This document shows, one piece after another, positions 35,381-49,303 of a stretch of 64,000 nucleotides of DNA. Positions within the stretch are counted from its first letter, which is position 1. The number at the start of each line of letters is the position of its first letter. The notes beneath the pieces are model-generated. The model was not told where the DNA came from and ran no database searches. It saw only the letters and a list, made by a program, of their open reading frames with translations. The position numbers and the translations under genes were made by a program. Source of the stretch: Amphiscolops sp. MND2022 (Eukaryota); NCBI GenBank assembly GCA_964187785.1, contig OZ076409.1:98148001-98212000 (forward strand), given 5' to 3'.

Positions 35381-35696
35381 CAGTGGTGTGAAGAAAGAAT
35401 GCGACTTAGTTGCTCAGAATGCAAAGAATTCTCTAATATGATTGGTTCACAAAGCTTCGCCGCTCAAATCTCATTGGTTTAAAGAGCCTCGATCGCTCGC
35501 AAAATTCAGTTTTTTCAATATTTCACCGTCTTTAGGGGATGATTTTTACTTGAAAATTATACCAAAAAATTTCTCTGATTTTTCTCAATCCCATGATAAT
35601 TTTTGTTTCTGAACCATTTCGAATAGTTTTGAAGATATGAGACTGCAAAATTAGCCTTTTTGAGCAGCTAACTCGCGTTCTTTCTTCACACCACTG
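35381..35696. mobile_element. Tc1/mariner-type MITE
   Basis: ~38-bp TIRs CAGTGGTGTGAAGAAAGAA.GCGA.TTAG.TGCTCA; flanked by TA on both sides. Confidence 0.8.
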
Positions 35697-35829
35697 TAAA
35701 CTGACAGCATCAATACTATTTCATTTGTTTTCAAATATGAAGAGTTTGATTTATGGCTGTTTTGGTATTTCATATTTGACAGCAAAGCTTTACTGACAGA
35801 CAGAAAGGAAGCTGTTCAAATGTCTGCCT

Positions 35830-37573
35830 GTTTAGTATAGCTACCACAGACGGTAACGGAATATTAGCCAATCACGGCTTAGTACTCATAAACATATACT
35901 CACATATTAAATTGGCGATATATGCTATTAATCAAAAAGGTAGAATACGGCCATGCGGCCTGGCCGGTCCTAATGTTCAATTAATTATTCAATGGATGCA
36001 GTTACTTAGCCTGTTCTATCTATTGATGAAAGTACCGTGTAAATGTACTTAACGTCCAAGCCCTGTACAAGTAGACACGCAAGTAAATTTTTTTCACAAG
36101 AAGGCCCAATCGTGCACATGGCCGAGAATTTCATTTGAAAGAAGCGCATGTAAATCATGTAAACCCTTTTAGTTAGCATGCAGACGTTGTTATATTAGAC
36201 AAAATTATCTATTCGTCGCTACCCCTTGGCTAACTGCTTTGATCTAGCCGCTAACATGAACAAAATAGTGACGGAATGTTCTATTTTTAGAAATGTTGTA
36301 TCTATATTTAGTTTGTTGCTATTTTTAGTTTAGTGATAACTCCTTTCATGAGTGTTATCCCTATTGGCTATTGAGCCAGGGATTGACACTCAATTCAATT
36401 GAAAAACTGATATAGTTAATTCTACGGTTGCAAAACTCTTGTTTTTAGTCGGCGCTTTTCGTAGAAAACGCATACTATAGCAGTGACTTTTTAAAAATCT
36501 TTTTTAAGACCAACGAAGTGGCAGATTTTATAAGCTTTATTAGCTGACTTGCACCAACAGTAACTGCCACACTACTTCTACTGGCACTTGGCATATAGAT
36601 TAAATAGGTTTTTTTGAGGTCTGCCAAGGTTCTTGACAAAAGGTTTTTTGCATGTTATTTCGGCTTTGTGAGTCTTTTTTTCGCAAATTTTCTCATGTCT
36701 CCAAAGGGTTCTCCCTTCAATTTTTTCCTATTTCGCAACAAGATGGTTGTTCGAAAAATCCCAAAGGGTCCCCCTTTTACATTTTTTGTCACTATTCGAC
36801 TTACTAAAAACTTAATTGAAAAAAAAAATTTGCAATTTTTTTCCTCATTCGGGTACTGTAGAAGAGAGTACATGACACTTTGAAGTCCTTTTGCTATTTT
36901 TGAGCCATAGATATGGCGCCGACTTGGGCCGTTCCCTGCTTGTTCAAACGTGTTGGAAAATTACATTACAGGAACATTCAGGTTTCCTTCTGTACATTCT
37001 TTTATGCCTTCTACTAGTAGACAAGAGGACAACGAAAGAAGCTCTAGAGACATTGATATCCTGTTTGATTGCAGCAACATGGATATAATCCTAGGAAAGG
37101 GAAATTTAAAATATCTTAGGAGATAATTAAAAAATGGTATTAATGGACCGGAAGGGAAGGTCACCAGGACTCAGTGACTACCTAACAGACAAATTTCGTC
37201 TCAAGAAAATGAGACTAGAAACAATGATAATGGAAACGGCTCTTCTAGGCGCGATGAACTTGTAAAATAAATTCAAAAATTGTCAGCTGAAATCAATGCT
37301 AGATTGTCTCAGGAAGTGGATTCACTGATGAACATGATGCAAGCACGAAGTGATAGGGCCATTGGTTCGGCTATCAACGATAGGGCTATCCCAGAGATAC
37401 AAAACGTAATTGGGAGTGTGACCTTTGGACCTTAACGGCACCGGAATTGGAAACTCCGTAAATAACCGAGAGTTTCGGTAATAATTGGAAAGAGCCAAAT
37501 GCAAAACTTACAATGAAGGACTCTAGGTCCGCCTTTGACCATAGGGAAGACGTGGACCTTTCTTCTCCTAACA
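35830..37573 (+). mobile_element. Degenerate solo-LTR-like element of the MPSTR family (5' boundary uncertain)
   Basis: Broken ORF from ATG 37004 (MPSTSRQ...RLSQEVDS.MNMMQA..RAIGSAINDRAIPEIQN); ends in ACA. Confidence 0.5.
36442..36944 (+). mobile_element. HINE-like element inserted in a degenerate solo LTR
   Basis: TTTTTAGTCGGCGC ... GCGCCGACTTGGGCCGTTCCCTGCTTGTT. Confidence 0.7.
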
Positions 37574-38744
37574 GTGTTGTCTTCGGTGGCGTTTATCAAT
37601 GGTTCAAGTCAAACAACTTCTCTTCTTACTTTCATCAGCACGTTTCGTTTTTTTTTGCGATGCTGCAGATAATTCGGAAAACAAATAGATTTCATTCAGT
37701 AATATTTTGATACATTCCAAATTCCTTTTCTCTTTTTCTTGCCCTAAAGAAGTTCTTTGAACATTGCAGAAACTCGCTTCGTCAACATTGTTAAGAGGAA
37801 CAACAAATAAAAGTTTGAAAGAACCAATTTTTTGCTCTTGATTTCCACTGGAGAAATATTAGTTTCGGTTGCTATTCGTAGGTACGATGATTGTATTCAA
37901 TTTATTTGCTGCTTCTGGTTCTGAACAACCTAAATATCATTGAGCTGAAATAGATTGATCTGTTCAGAATTCGCATAGCGACAATACCAACGGTAGTTAT
38001 GAGCAAAACTGTTGAATTTTTCCTCTGTTAGAGTAAAGGAAGCGAATAAGGTTTGGTTTTTGACGTGAGCCTTCGCGAACTGTCTCTGTTCGATGGACGA
38101 AAGTAAATCTAATTTCATGAGTTATGCTAACTAGCATTACTCTTGAAAGTATACTGCACTGACAAAAATTACACTGCATTACATGCCTGTAGCATACAAA
38201 AAGTTTCAGCAATCTTAACTAGATTGGTTTTCACTCAGTCAATAATTATACTACAATAATGCATGCAATGTAGTTTTTTAAAACCTAACAATTTCAGTAG
38301 GCTTCCGGTTTTGAATCTTGTCGAATTACCCTGCTATTTATACTACTGCAGTTAAATTGACAAAGAATTCTTTTGATTAGCAACATGTTCACGTTGTACT
38401 CACGCTGTACTCACGCTTTGCTTTCTGAATTACTCACTTGATGTGGTCACCATTTCTCAAACAGTACGCTGATGATGATGGTAGATTGCAGTTAACAACG
38501 TGACCGAAGTTAATTTGAATGAGAATGGCGGCAAAATTATTACAGTGTAGGACGCTGAAAATATGCAAAACATCTTTCAATTTTGTTTTTTTTTTAAATC
38601 AGCGTACTTTCAACATCTTGATTTTGAACGGCTGAAGAATTAGATAGACATTCAAGTTTCCCAGAGTAGGCATTACTGTAAATTTAAAATGAGTATTTTT
38701 TGCGCTTTAATAACTTGTCAAATTAAACAAAATTAAACAAACCA

Positions 38745-39680
38745 AAAAAGTATACATCAGCTCAGGAAAAAAAGCGCATTTACGATGCCCATATGAGAGG
38801 TGACGAGTCTATTTTACTAGGACGTCAACTTTCTTTTGATGAAAATACTGCCAGGGCCATGTTTCGTACATTTTCAGCCAGAAATGTTAAAATATCTGTG
38901 AAACTGCGGGCTTTAGAAAGAACCCCCAAATGATTTTTAAAAAAAGACAAAAACAAACGAACGAATCTCGAACGGTCTATTTTGTACAGTTAAAGAAGTC
39001 CATGTTCCTCCTTATGAACGAAATCGCCTAAGAACAAAATATGCCCGCAAAGAAAACGCAGAATATTTCCTGAAACAGGAGTTTTGGCTGCTCATCATAC
39101 ATTCATCGACGAAACAGAATTGAAAATCTGGAGAAAAAGAGCACAAGGTCGTTCAAAATAAGGTGTTCTAGCCACGTTAGTAACTAATGAACAAAGAAGT
39201 CAACATATAAGGCTGATTTTACAATTGTTGCCCATCATGGTTTTGTTGATAGGGTCGTAAGTTCAGACTTTTTCAAACAATTTTTACGAGCGGTGAGTGA
39301 AAAACTTGGGGAAAAAGAAGCGCTGCTCATTTGTGACAATGCCCCCCTGCCAGATTGAGGACTTCAATTATCTACCATAGCATCATAATATGCCAAAAAT
39401 GCCATAGTCGTCGACAATGCTTAACCCTATGGTATAAATTTCTACAGTTTGGAATTTTGAAATTGAACGATATCTTGCAGAAGCCGACGTAAGGAATGAG
39501 TTTATGAGTTTGAGCGATAATGCTCAAGTTACTATGATACAATGGGGAAAAAACAATTTTGAAAAGGAAAGGCCTGTCTGCTCTGGTAATGATAACTCCG
39601 CAAAATTTTCACAATTTCACAATTACTAATTTTTGTTCCTTTACAAATCAATCAATGAAATCGATTTGTAAAAATGAATG
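38745..39680 (+). pseudogene. Degenerate IS630/Tc1-like DDE transposase
   Basis: Frameshifted motifs FIDET (~39102), LLICDNAP (~39325) and MLNP (~39417) in the expected order. Confidence 0.6.
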
Positions 39681-39706
39681 TCGACTTGTTAAATTTGAAC
39701 GTTTAT

Positions 39707-41301
39707 TGTCGCAGGCGGCCGCCTGCGATGGGAATTGGTACTCAATTTCCTACAATCACTACAACACTCTCCGAGGAACGATCCCCCTTGATTAAGGAGA
39801 GTGGACACGCTGTCCAAAAGGACAGAGATAAAACTGATAAACTCATTTTTTACTCAACCATATTACATTGATGTTGCTAAATTTGGAATTAATACCCGGA
39901 CATGAAAACATATTCACCCATATTTAAGTGCAAATTTAGTTTGTATTTGGTTGTTATACTGTTAATCTAATCCAAGATGCATGTACAATTAGTAGTATGT
40001 TGTTAGTAATTGGACACCAAGGGGTACAGGTAGAGGAAACGTGTTCAAATGTTCCCTCTTCTGTCGCTGTGACCCTCAGTCGGTAATAATTTTCAACCAA
40101 TCACGTTGCAGTATTATTCGGAGTGCTTTGATATTGTGCTTTTAAATAATGGACAAGGTGCGCGTTTGCCGCTTGCTCGCTAATAATAGAGCGTTAGTTG
40201 AGGCGATATGACACTGCGTCCGGATTAGAGTATAGAATGATAGTAGCAGTAATAATCTTAATTTGAAGGGCAACTTATCATATACTTTTGCTTTGTCAAA
40301 TAAAGGTGCTTCTATTAGTCGCCCCCCCAACGCCGTAGTGGGTATACTTCAATGCCTTTACTTAAATATCGACATGTAACAACCTGAACATGAAATCGTT
40401 GTGTGTTTGACACATGTAATGTTGCCGTGATATTCATGAACGTTTAGTTGTCCCTCAAGGACGATTGATGAATTATACAAAGATACCGGCGTAACGCCTT
40501 TGATGTGGCCTGAAGGTCATAACGTCATGGTATTCATAAATAGTTGGTGCTGTTTTTAGAATAGTTATTAGCTATTTTTAGATCATGATAGGAACAATTT
40601 TGCGAGTCATGCAAATTTCAATATCTAAATACTCAGGACCTTAAGTCCAACACAATTGAATGTTGATATAAACCGATACAGTTGTTTTAATTGAAATCGT
40701 TGTCTTGCAAGATAAAGGATTTCAATTAATTTTTCCCTTGTACAAGTCTCTTATGCCTTCTACCAGAAGACAAAAAGCTAAAGCTAGAAAGTCTAGAGAA
40801 GTGGACATAATGTCCGACTTTGATAACATAGACGTGATGATAGTGAATGAGAATACCAACTCTATTGAAAGAGAGTTAGCAAATGCAATTGAGGAATCAT
40901 CAGCACTTGGGGACTTTGAGTGCTACATACTTCCAAGAAAAGAATTCAGGGAAACCAATTACAAAAAAAGGATCATAGGCCAAATGAAGCGAGAGACTAC
41001 ATGGAAGCCTTTCTCAAATGAGTTTAACTTAAGATTATCTCAAGAAATGGATTCCATGATGGCCATGATGCATTCACCAATTAACAGAGCCATAATATCA
41101 GCTACTTCTGATAGAGTAATTGATGAAATAAAGAACACCATGAGTTCGATGTCTTCGTCGGGAAACAGGGACATGAGGCCAGTTCGTCCCCAAATAGTCA
41201 GGAGAATAGAGAGAACAATATTGGGTTTAAAACGAAAATTACAAAAAAGGACTCTCAGTCCACTGGGGATCTGAGAAACACAGAGGATCTAGGTCCTTAC
41301 A
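39707..41301 (+). mobile_element. Solo LTR of the MPSTR family (ORF from ATG 40753)
   Basis: TGTCGCAGG...CCTTACA; flanks TTTAT/TGTAT (1 mismatch); 5' end resembles the 54386 element. Confidence 0.65.
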
Positions 41302-41503
41302 TGTATTTACATTGAATTCAAGCTTTCATCTGATTGGTTCAGGACTTTTGAACGTGGTTTTGCAAATTTTCAGCTTGCTACACTGTATTATAGTCACGGC
41401 TGCTTTTAAAACTAGAACTGTTTCTGAAAGAAACATGCAAAACTTAAATGCTTAAAATTGCCGTCAACACATTGATGAATCTTTCAAGCAGCTTGAAAAA
41501 GTT

Positions 41504-43000
41504 CTACATGAACAAATAAATTTCCTATATGAACAAATCAAAAAGTTCTACAAGAACCAATACAAAAGTTCTACATGAACAAAGACAGTTCTACATGAAC
41601 AAAAATCTGAATTTCTTTCGCAGCATAAACTGCTGAGCAAAACACAATATGGTTTCCGCAGGAAATTTTCAACTACGGACGCACTTTTATATGCCACAGA
41701 AAACATACGAAAGAAAGTTAACAACAAAGAATTTGTTTGCGCTGCGTTCCTAGATCTTTCAAAAGCTTTTGATTCAATCTCACACGACATCCTTCTCAAA
41801 AATTTGAAAACACTGAAGTTTGATAGCAACGCAGTATCAATGATAAACGGTTTCCTCAGATACAAATTCCAAAAAATGATACTCCCTAGTTGCGCCTCTG
41901 ATTGGATCCAATTATATCAAGGTGTTCCACAGGGTACAGTTTTTGGGCCTCTTCTCTTCAACATAAACGTGAACAGTTTATACACTTGTATTGAACACAT
42001 TGAATCAGCAGTTGAATCACTGGAACTAAACGTTAACAATATTTGTGATTTTTTCAAAGCATCAATTGACATTAAACGCAGACAAAACCGAATTTATCAC
42101 CTTCCAAACCACAAACAAAAACTATAAATACAAAAATACTAATTTGATTGTTAAAGATGAAATCATTCGTTCAAGTAGCATCATCAAATATTTGGGTGTC
42201 TACCTGGACCAAAATCTAACTTTCCATGAAAAAGTTCAGCATATACTCCGGAAAATGGCATGCGGAATCAAAACTCTCTATTCCATCAGAGACTGACTAT
42301 TTTCCAGAAAAAGTTCGTTTACTGCTATTGAATGCCATCGTAGTCATCTCCACTACCCGGCAATTGTTTGAATGGCTTAACTGAAAATCTCAATACGACC
42401 CCAGAGAAACAACTGAATTGCGGAATAAAAGCGTGTTTTAATCGAACAAAGTACGATCGATCATCAGATCTTAAGATCGACAACATCCTACCGATCCTAT
42501 ATTTCCTTAAAAACAAATCATTATCATACTTTGATAATGGACTAGGAAAAACAGACTAGGAAAAACAACCTAATCCCGGCGTTCCGGGACTCACAACTGG
42601 AGACTGGAAAAATACGAAAACAATCCAGAACCGAGACTCTTTACTTTAATGTTTTCGTAGATCTGATTTTCTGAGAAACAGTTTTTTCAAGAAAAATGTA
42701 CCCCTGTGGAGCAGCCTGCCAAAAATATACGCAAAAAAGTGCCTTTTTGCTACTGCCAAAATCAAAATTAAAAATTTCTATCTCACAAAAATGAAAGCCG
42801 AAATCAACTTTCCTGAATATGGAAAAAATGTTCGTGCAACCACCGATTCAAATAGCGTTTATCGCCTCTAGAGTTTTCCGTCTTGTCTAATACTTTTTAA
42901 ACTTGCATGAATTTTAATTACACTGTTCATTTTATAAAGTTACAATACTTCGTTTTATTATGTGAAATTTTAAAAGGTATAGTACAGTGATCTTTTTAAA
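41504..43000 (+). pseudogene. 5'-truncated non-LTR retrotransposon (CR1/L2-like) RT relic
   Basis: QYGFR..STTDAL..FLDLSKAFD..GVPQGTVFGPLLF..KYLGVYLD; YADD region missing, frameshifts present. Confidence 0.85.
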
Positions 43001-44066
43001 TTAAATACAACAGGAGATTGTTTGCGCATGAAAGTATCCGCAAGTTTTAGAGAATCATAAAAAAGTCGCTGGCAACATTAACGTGCATGCAAAAAGTTCT
43101 AGCACTTTCAACAAGGGTACGGAATAACAGTTTACCGACTAAAACGGAATGCAAACAATTTCAAGGTGATTCGAGACTCAAGTAAATACTTTTTTGAGTT
43201 TTACAGAATTACACGAAGCACCATCATCGGTCATGAAATAATCAACTAATGTAGTTTCGGTTAGTCAAATCGCATGGTTTCTTTCAGTTTGGTGATTTTG
43301 CTTTGCATTACAATGACTGTAAAGTTCACAGTTCTTGGCAGCATGTGAAAATAGAACTGATCCATAGAAAAATCAGCAAAAATTCCCTTTTTCAAAGTGC
43401 CGACAGATTTGGGATGCGACTTTCTGAAAGATGTGAGAAAGTGTAAATGTTTACGCATCTCACAGGAGTCAGACAATGATAAAATGAGGACGAATGTCAG
43501 TTGCAAACTACGAGAACAAGTATTCTTTTGAAGAAAGTTTTAACTGCAAGAGTTGAGTCGCGGAATGCTAATTCAATCGTTTGGACAAAACCTGCTTATG
43601 GTTTGAGAGAACAAAAACCACTCCCCGAGATATTAAAAAAAAGAAATTGTTTGAAATCAAACTTTTAAAAATGTTTAACATGTCTTTATATGTTTTCGAG
43701 TAAACTTTTAATGATTTTTCAAATATCTTACAGAATCTTTCATGCAATTAAAATTTCTGATTTAGCAGAATTTAATCAAGCAGCTTGGAAACAGGACCCT
43801 AAAATTGAAGAAACTCCCCGAAGATGGCGTTTTGCAGGTTTTAATATGCAAAATGTTTTTATGAACCCAGCCGAGACCCTATCAAGTGTACCTTCGTTTA
43901 GATGCAAAGCTACTTGGATCCCGTTACAAGTTTCAAAGCAGTGTCATCTTCAGTGTGATGTTTGACTAACGGTACTTACTAACGGTATTTCCGAGAGTGC
44001 TCGAAAAGCTAAACTGTGAAAACTGAAAGATTTTGACGAAATGAAAATATTTTCACTTTTGATTGG

Positions 44067-44536
44067 AACAAGACGAGAACGTCTAAAGTCGGCGCTATAT
44101 CTAAGGCTCAAAAAGCGCAAAACATTTTTTTTGGAAAAAAACTTTTCTCTTTTGGAAAATGTCGCACAGTGCCGAAGAATGTAAAAGGGGGAACCTTTTT
44201 TGATTTATAAACATGCATTCTTTTTCAAAATAACAAAAACTCAAATGGGGACCCTTTGGGACATTGGAAAAATTTCGACAAAAAGTCGCACAGTGCCGAA
44301 AAAAAATCGAAAGGGGGGACCCTTTAGTCTCGGTCGGTTTTGTAGGTTACGATAAAAATGGACTAACTGAAAGGGGGGACCCTTTGCACTATCTTAAATG
44401 CGCTGCCAGTATTTTAATAGTACTGTAATTAGTAGTTGAACGTTAATTTTATCGTTCGTCGTTTCGAGTCTGTCTTAAAAAAAACGAGTGACTGTAATAG
44501 TCGGGCTCTTTTATTGATAAAAGCGCCGACTAAAAA
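44067..44536 (-). mobile_element. HINE-like element
   Basis: Both family termini present. Confidence 0.7.
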
Positions 44537-45420
44537 TAAACGGTCGCCTTGGCATTCTAACTCTAAAATATACTCAAAGCAGGCTCAGGATGTTTTCCAT
44601 GCAGTGTGAAAACTTCAGCATTGTTAGCCTGGAAACTTTCCAGCCAATTTAACTGGAGGACGCGGTGAGAATTGAATAATTTCCACAGATTTCAACATCG
44701 TTTCAATCGTAAAGTGCCAGCTTGGCAATTACATCATTCAACTAACCTGCCTCTTTCAAACAAATTTTGTAAATTGCTAAGAGAAGTTTCTAATGAAAAC
44801 GAATCAACAATTTCGAATCAACCTGTGCTAGAAAAAGGACTTTATTTTCACTAGTTGGGCTTTCTGAAGTATAACGCGACTCTTTTCGCCGTTTCCTAAT
44901 TTTTAAACCGTTCGATGTGACCAAATTGGTCCAATGAAAGATAGCATCCCAATTGTCAAAAGAATTCAAAGGATCTACCCTTTCACGTTTTGAGAGTTCT
45001 TTGAATTGATAAGCTTTATGACACAAAAGTTTTTTGGCAGAGTGCATTTACTTTTTGCATAGAATTTTTACAGAACATTTTTCGATATCTTTAGAAAGAA
45101 CTCATAGTGTTCATAAAGTACCCCCCTTTTGTATTTTTCGCCTTTCACGAAATTTTTCGATATTTTCACTCCACTACAAAATTCGCGTTTTGGTTTTCTA
45201 ATGATTTAGTTCGATTTCTAAACTTTCTGTGCGTAACGGATCCTCCCTTTGAATGTTTTTCGGCACTGTGACATTTTCTTTAATGAATTTTTCGAAAACA
45301 ATACTCAAGTGATTTGGTTTTTCATGAGCTCTTCTCGTGACTACCGTAATTTTTGCAAAGCTTCAAGCTTTTCTAACTCCATACAATCAAAGTGCTTGTT
45401 TTCATATGCTTGATGTTAGC

Positions 45421-45630
45421 CCTAGTCGAGAATGCTCGAACTTCTTACATGATGCACAGAAACATGCATGCTAACTTTTTACAAAACGTGGAAAATCTCA
45501 GGAGCCTGCATGGAAACATTTTGTAGGATTACAATGCAGCTTCCACTATTTCAATTAAAACTGAAAACATTTCCACTTCTTCACCACCGCGATCACTTTG
45601 TTTCCACGCGTAAGTTTCTCAAGTAAGTAC
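45421..45630 (+). repeat. CCCTAGTCGA-family short dispersed repeat (related copies at ~14367, ~25975, ~31343, ~49004, ~49993)
   Basis: Shared sequence blocks such as GAGCCTGC.TGGAAA and CATTTCCACTTCTTCACC.CCGCGATCACTT. Confidence 0.6.
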
Positions 45631-47267
45631 CTTATGTAATCACAGTTACTCAAATAGCACGCTGAATATGACGCTACTTTGAAACTTATAATGGGGCTGG
45701 AGTTTATTTGCATTGAAATCGATGCATTGATCGGTAAAATTGATGAAGCTCTCAGCTGCTTTCAAAATTAGAACTGCATCTTAATGAAACCTGCGAAATT
45801 TTGCAGCGCAGAGTTGTCGCCAAATTTACGATGCATCTTATAGGAAGCTTGATAAAATTAAATCGAATCAGTGAAGTTTTAATGCATGGACGCTTCTTTG
45901 AGAATTTTATAAAATCATGGAAAATTTCACATGATTGGTTCCTAAATTTTGATTGTCGTTTATTAAATTTTCAGCGTCATACGCTGTAGAACTGATGCAT
46001 AATAAAACCTGCAAAACTTCAAAGCTCAAAATTGCCGCCAAAACTTTGATGAACCTTTCAAGCAGCTTGATAAAAGTTAAATACATTAGTTAATTATTTT
46101 CGCATGAAAGTTTCTGTTAGAGTTTTAGAAAATCATAATAAAAGTTGCTGGCAACATTAAAGTTCAAGAAGTTTCAACAAGGGCTTTCAAGCGAAAACAT
46201 TTCCCTGTTGTCGTGGACTTTTATCAAGCTGCTTGGAAGAAGCATTCTAAGTTTGAAGTTTTGCAGGTTTCATTAAGAAACAGATCTAATTTTATCCTTT
46301 TTTTAAAAAAATCCCAAACTGACGTATGCTTTATTCGATTTCAATACGAAAAACATCCAATACTGATCAAAACTCAACTGAATTCAATTGTCTAATACAC
46401 AATCGAAGAAGCAATGCTTCTTTCCAAAACTTCTTTTCCAAAACTTTCTCATGCGATGTTACTTGTCAATTGATGTGCCTTGATGTTTGGTTTCAGTTGG
46501 TACGCTGTTAATTCTTTCTTTTCTAAGCTGTGACATCATCATGATGTCATTGTTGAACATTGGCTGAAGACCAATCAGAGCAAACATTGATCGGTATTTT
46601 ATCACAGAGAGTGAGACAACTGAAACTTCAAACTCATTATTAAACAGTTGCAGTATGTACAATTGTGGGAGAAATGTTCCGCACGACTTTTTGAGAGAAA
46701 AACTTGGGCTGTAGGTATCATTTCCAAACACTCTCAAACCACCGAATACTCCACAGAATATAATCAAAGTAAATATTTCGTGAAATTTCCGTTCGTTATA
46801 ACTGAAATTTCACGAAATCTTTACTTTAATAATATTTTGGAATATGCGGTACTTTAACAGTGCTTGAGATTTAAGTTTTGAATTATTTGGTTTAATCTAA
46901 ATGAAAGTGATTTTTACAAGATCCTGCAAAGTATCTACAGAGTAGAACTGTGTTTGTCGCAAAATTCCAGGAACCAATTTTCTAAATATTAGTTTCTTGT
47001 GAAAATCACATTTATTTGGATTAAACCAATTGATTCAAAATAATTAAGCCTTGCGACAAACACCAAAAATTGTCTAGTTTTGCACTCAGTTTCGGTCCTA
47101 AAGCCGAATACATTTTAGTTGCTGTCACAAAAAATGATTCAACCATATTTGTAACTAGAGCAAAAATCAACAATCTGACAAGAGTTCATACCATCTTTAT
47201 TCTTGTAAAACTAAACGATTTCATCAAAAATTTTCGTCTCTCAAAACGTTGTGTCATCACCAGAATG

Positions 47268-48050
47268 GGTGATCTCCTGACTAAGTATGGTCCCTACAAA
47301 ATTCATGAAACTGGTCTGAAAACTCCTGACTAAGTGTGGTCCCTAGCAAGCATAGAAGAGCCAACGTAAAGCAAACATTACATGTATTTCAAAACAGCAG
47401 AATTCAAATTACTAGCTTTTAGTGCTGTTGCAGCCAATATGTATGGGACTTGATTCATTTGAAGAGGTTAGCAAATTTGTTGTATGACTCGGTCGCTTCG
47501 CTCCCTTCGCCGAGTACCAACATTGAGGCATGGTCATATGGCACGTCACTCCGCTTGGCTTCGTTCCTGCATTTAGGGCACTAGAGGTAGTATGTAAACA
47601 AAGCTGACTACGTTATAATAATAATTCCGACAAAATATGCAGGGACAACGGTACTCCTGACTAAGTGTGGTCCCTGCATATTTTGTCGGAGTAATTATTA
47701 TAACGTAGTCAGCTATGTTCTCATACCCCTAGTGCCCTAAATGCAGGAGCGAAGCGAAGCGGAGCGGAGCGACGTGCCATATGGCCATGCCTCAATGTTG
47801 CTACTTGGCGAAGGGACCGAAGGGAGCGAAGTGACCGAGCCATACAACAACTATGATAACCTCTTCAAATCAAGTTCCATACATATTGGCTGTAACGGCA
47901 CTAAAAGCTAGTAATTTGAATTGTGCTGTTTTGAAATACATGTAATGATTGCTTTACGCTGGCTCTTCTATTAATACATACCACACTTAGTCAGGAGTTT
48001 TCAGGCCGGCTGCATAAATTTTGTAGGGACCACACTTAGTCAGGAGTACC
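47268..48050. mobile_element. Foldback MITE with 8-bp TSD (Merlin-like GG termini)
   Basis: Long inverted arms; termini GGT...ACC; perfect flanking CCAGAATG at 47260-47267 and 48051-48058. Confidence 0.85.
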
Positions 48051-48287
48051 CCAGAATGCTAAGAAATCTGGAGTAGGATAATGATTTGGTCTTTATCTTG
48101 ACAGTCAATAAAAAGTGAATTTTGAAGCAGGTTCTAGTACTTAAATTTTCCCCAAACCAAACTTTTGTGCAACTAAAAAGCACAAGCACATTGTATTTTT
48201 TCTAGCCTTTTTTCAGCTCAGTTGCGATTGTATCATTTTCAAATAAACACGAATGCAAACATGATTAAAATTCACAAACCGTTGGTT

Positions 48288-48750
48288 ACCCTAGATTGGA
48301 AAAAATTGAAATCTTGCACTTATCTTGCAAGTTTCTTACACAACATGGTAGTCTTGCAAGCTTCTTGCAAGCCGATGCCAGTCTTGCAAGAATCTTGCTA
48401 GACAATGCAAATCTTGCAAGATGATAAATTAGAATACCACCAGTTTTGCAAGAATTTTGCAAGACCATGCAAATCTTGCAAGACAACAAATGAGTTATGA
48501 TAACGTAATCAACAGCTTCCCCAATTGTCGAAAAAGATTATTTTTCTCTTGTTTTTGCGTTTTTTTTTCAAAAAATGTACGCCTATAATCAATTTAGGTT
48601 CGTTCGGCCTAATTTCAAAGTCTCCATCGTGTACATGATAAAAGAGGGTCATTTGTTTTCCAATGTACTACATCAAAACTGAGATCATCAAAACTACATC
48701 AAGACGTCTTGCACGATATTTTCAAGAATTACATTTTTTTCAACCTAGGG
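48288..48750. repeat. MITE-like element with CCCTAG TIRs and internal TCTTGCAAG repeats
   Basis: CCCTAGATTGGAAAAAA ... TTTTTTCAACCTAGGG. Confidence 0.55.
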
Positions 48751-49303
48751 CACAAACACTTCCCGGAATTTTTTGGTGCCTTTGGTGTTTTCTCGTTCAA
48801 GAGTGCGGTGGATCATTGCTCCCATTACTGAACTATATTAGCTGGGCTGAAATGTCAGTCTTTCTTGGTGTCCAAATTCGACCTGCAATCCCAACTGTGT
48901 TCAATTCGCAGCAGCTTCAGGCACGCATTTTTTATTTCTTTTACTCTCAAATCCGTGCATACGTTGAAAAATAAATAGGCTCTCAAATCCGTACATCGAT
49001 ATACCCTTTAGTTGAAAACGCTGCGAGGTTTTGCATGCTGCTTCTATGCATGCAAGGGTAATTTTGACAGAACATGAAAAATCCCGGGAGCCTGCTTGGG
49101 AAAATTTTGTAGGATTAAAATGCAGCTTCCGCTATTTAAATTAAAACTGAAAAACATTTCCACTTCTTCACCGCCGCGATCACTTTGTTTTCAAACTTAC
49201 TTCAGGAAAGATTCAACTTGTGTAATCACAGCTGCGTTTAAAAATAGAATCATTACATATTGAAATTTCCATATGTAATGCGATAATTCTCAATGCGTGA
49301 CAG

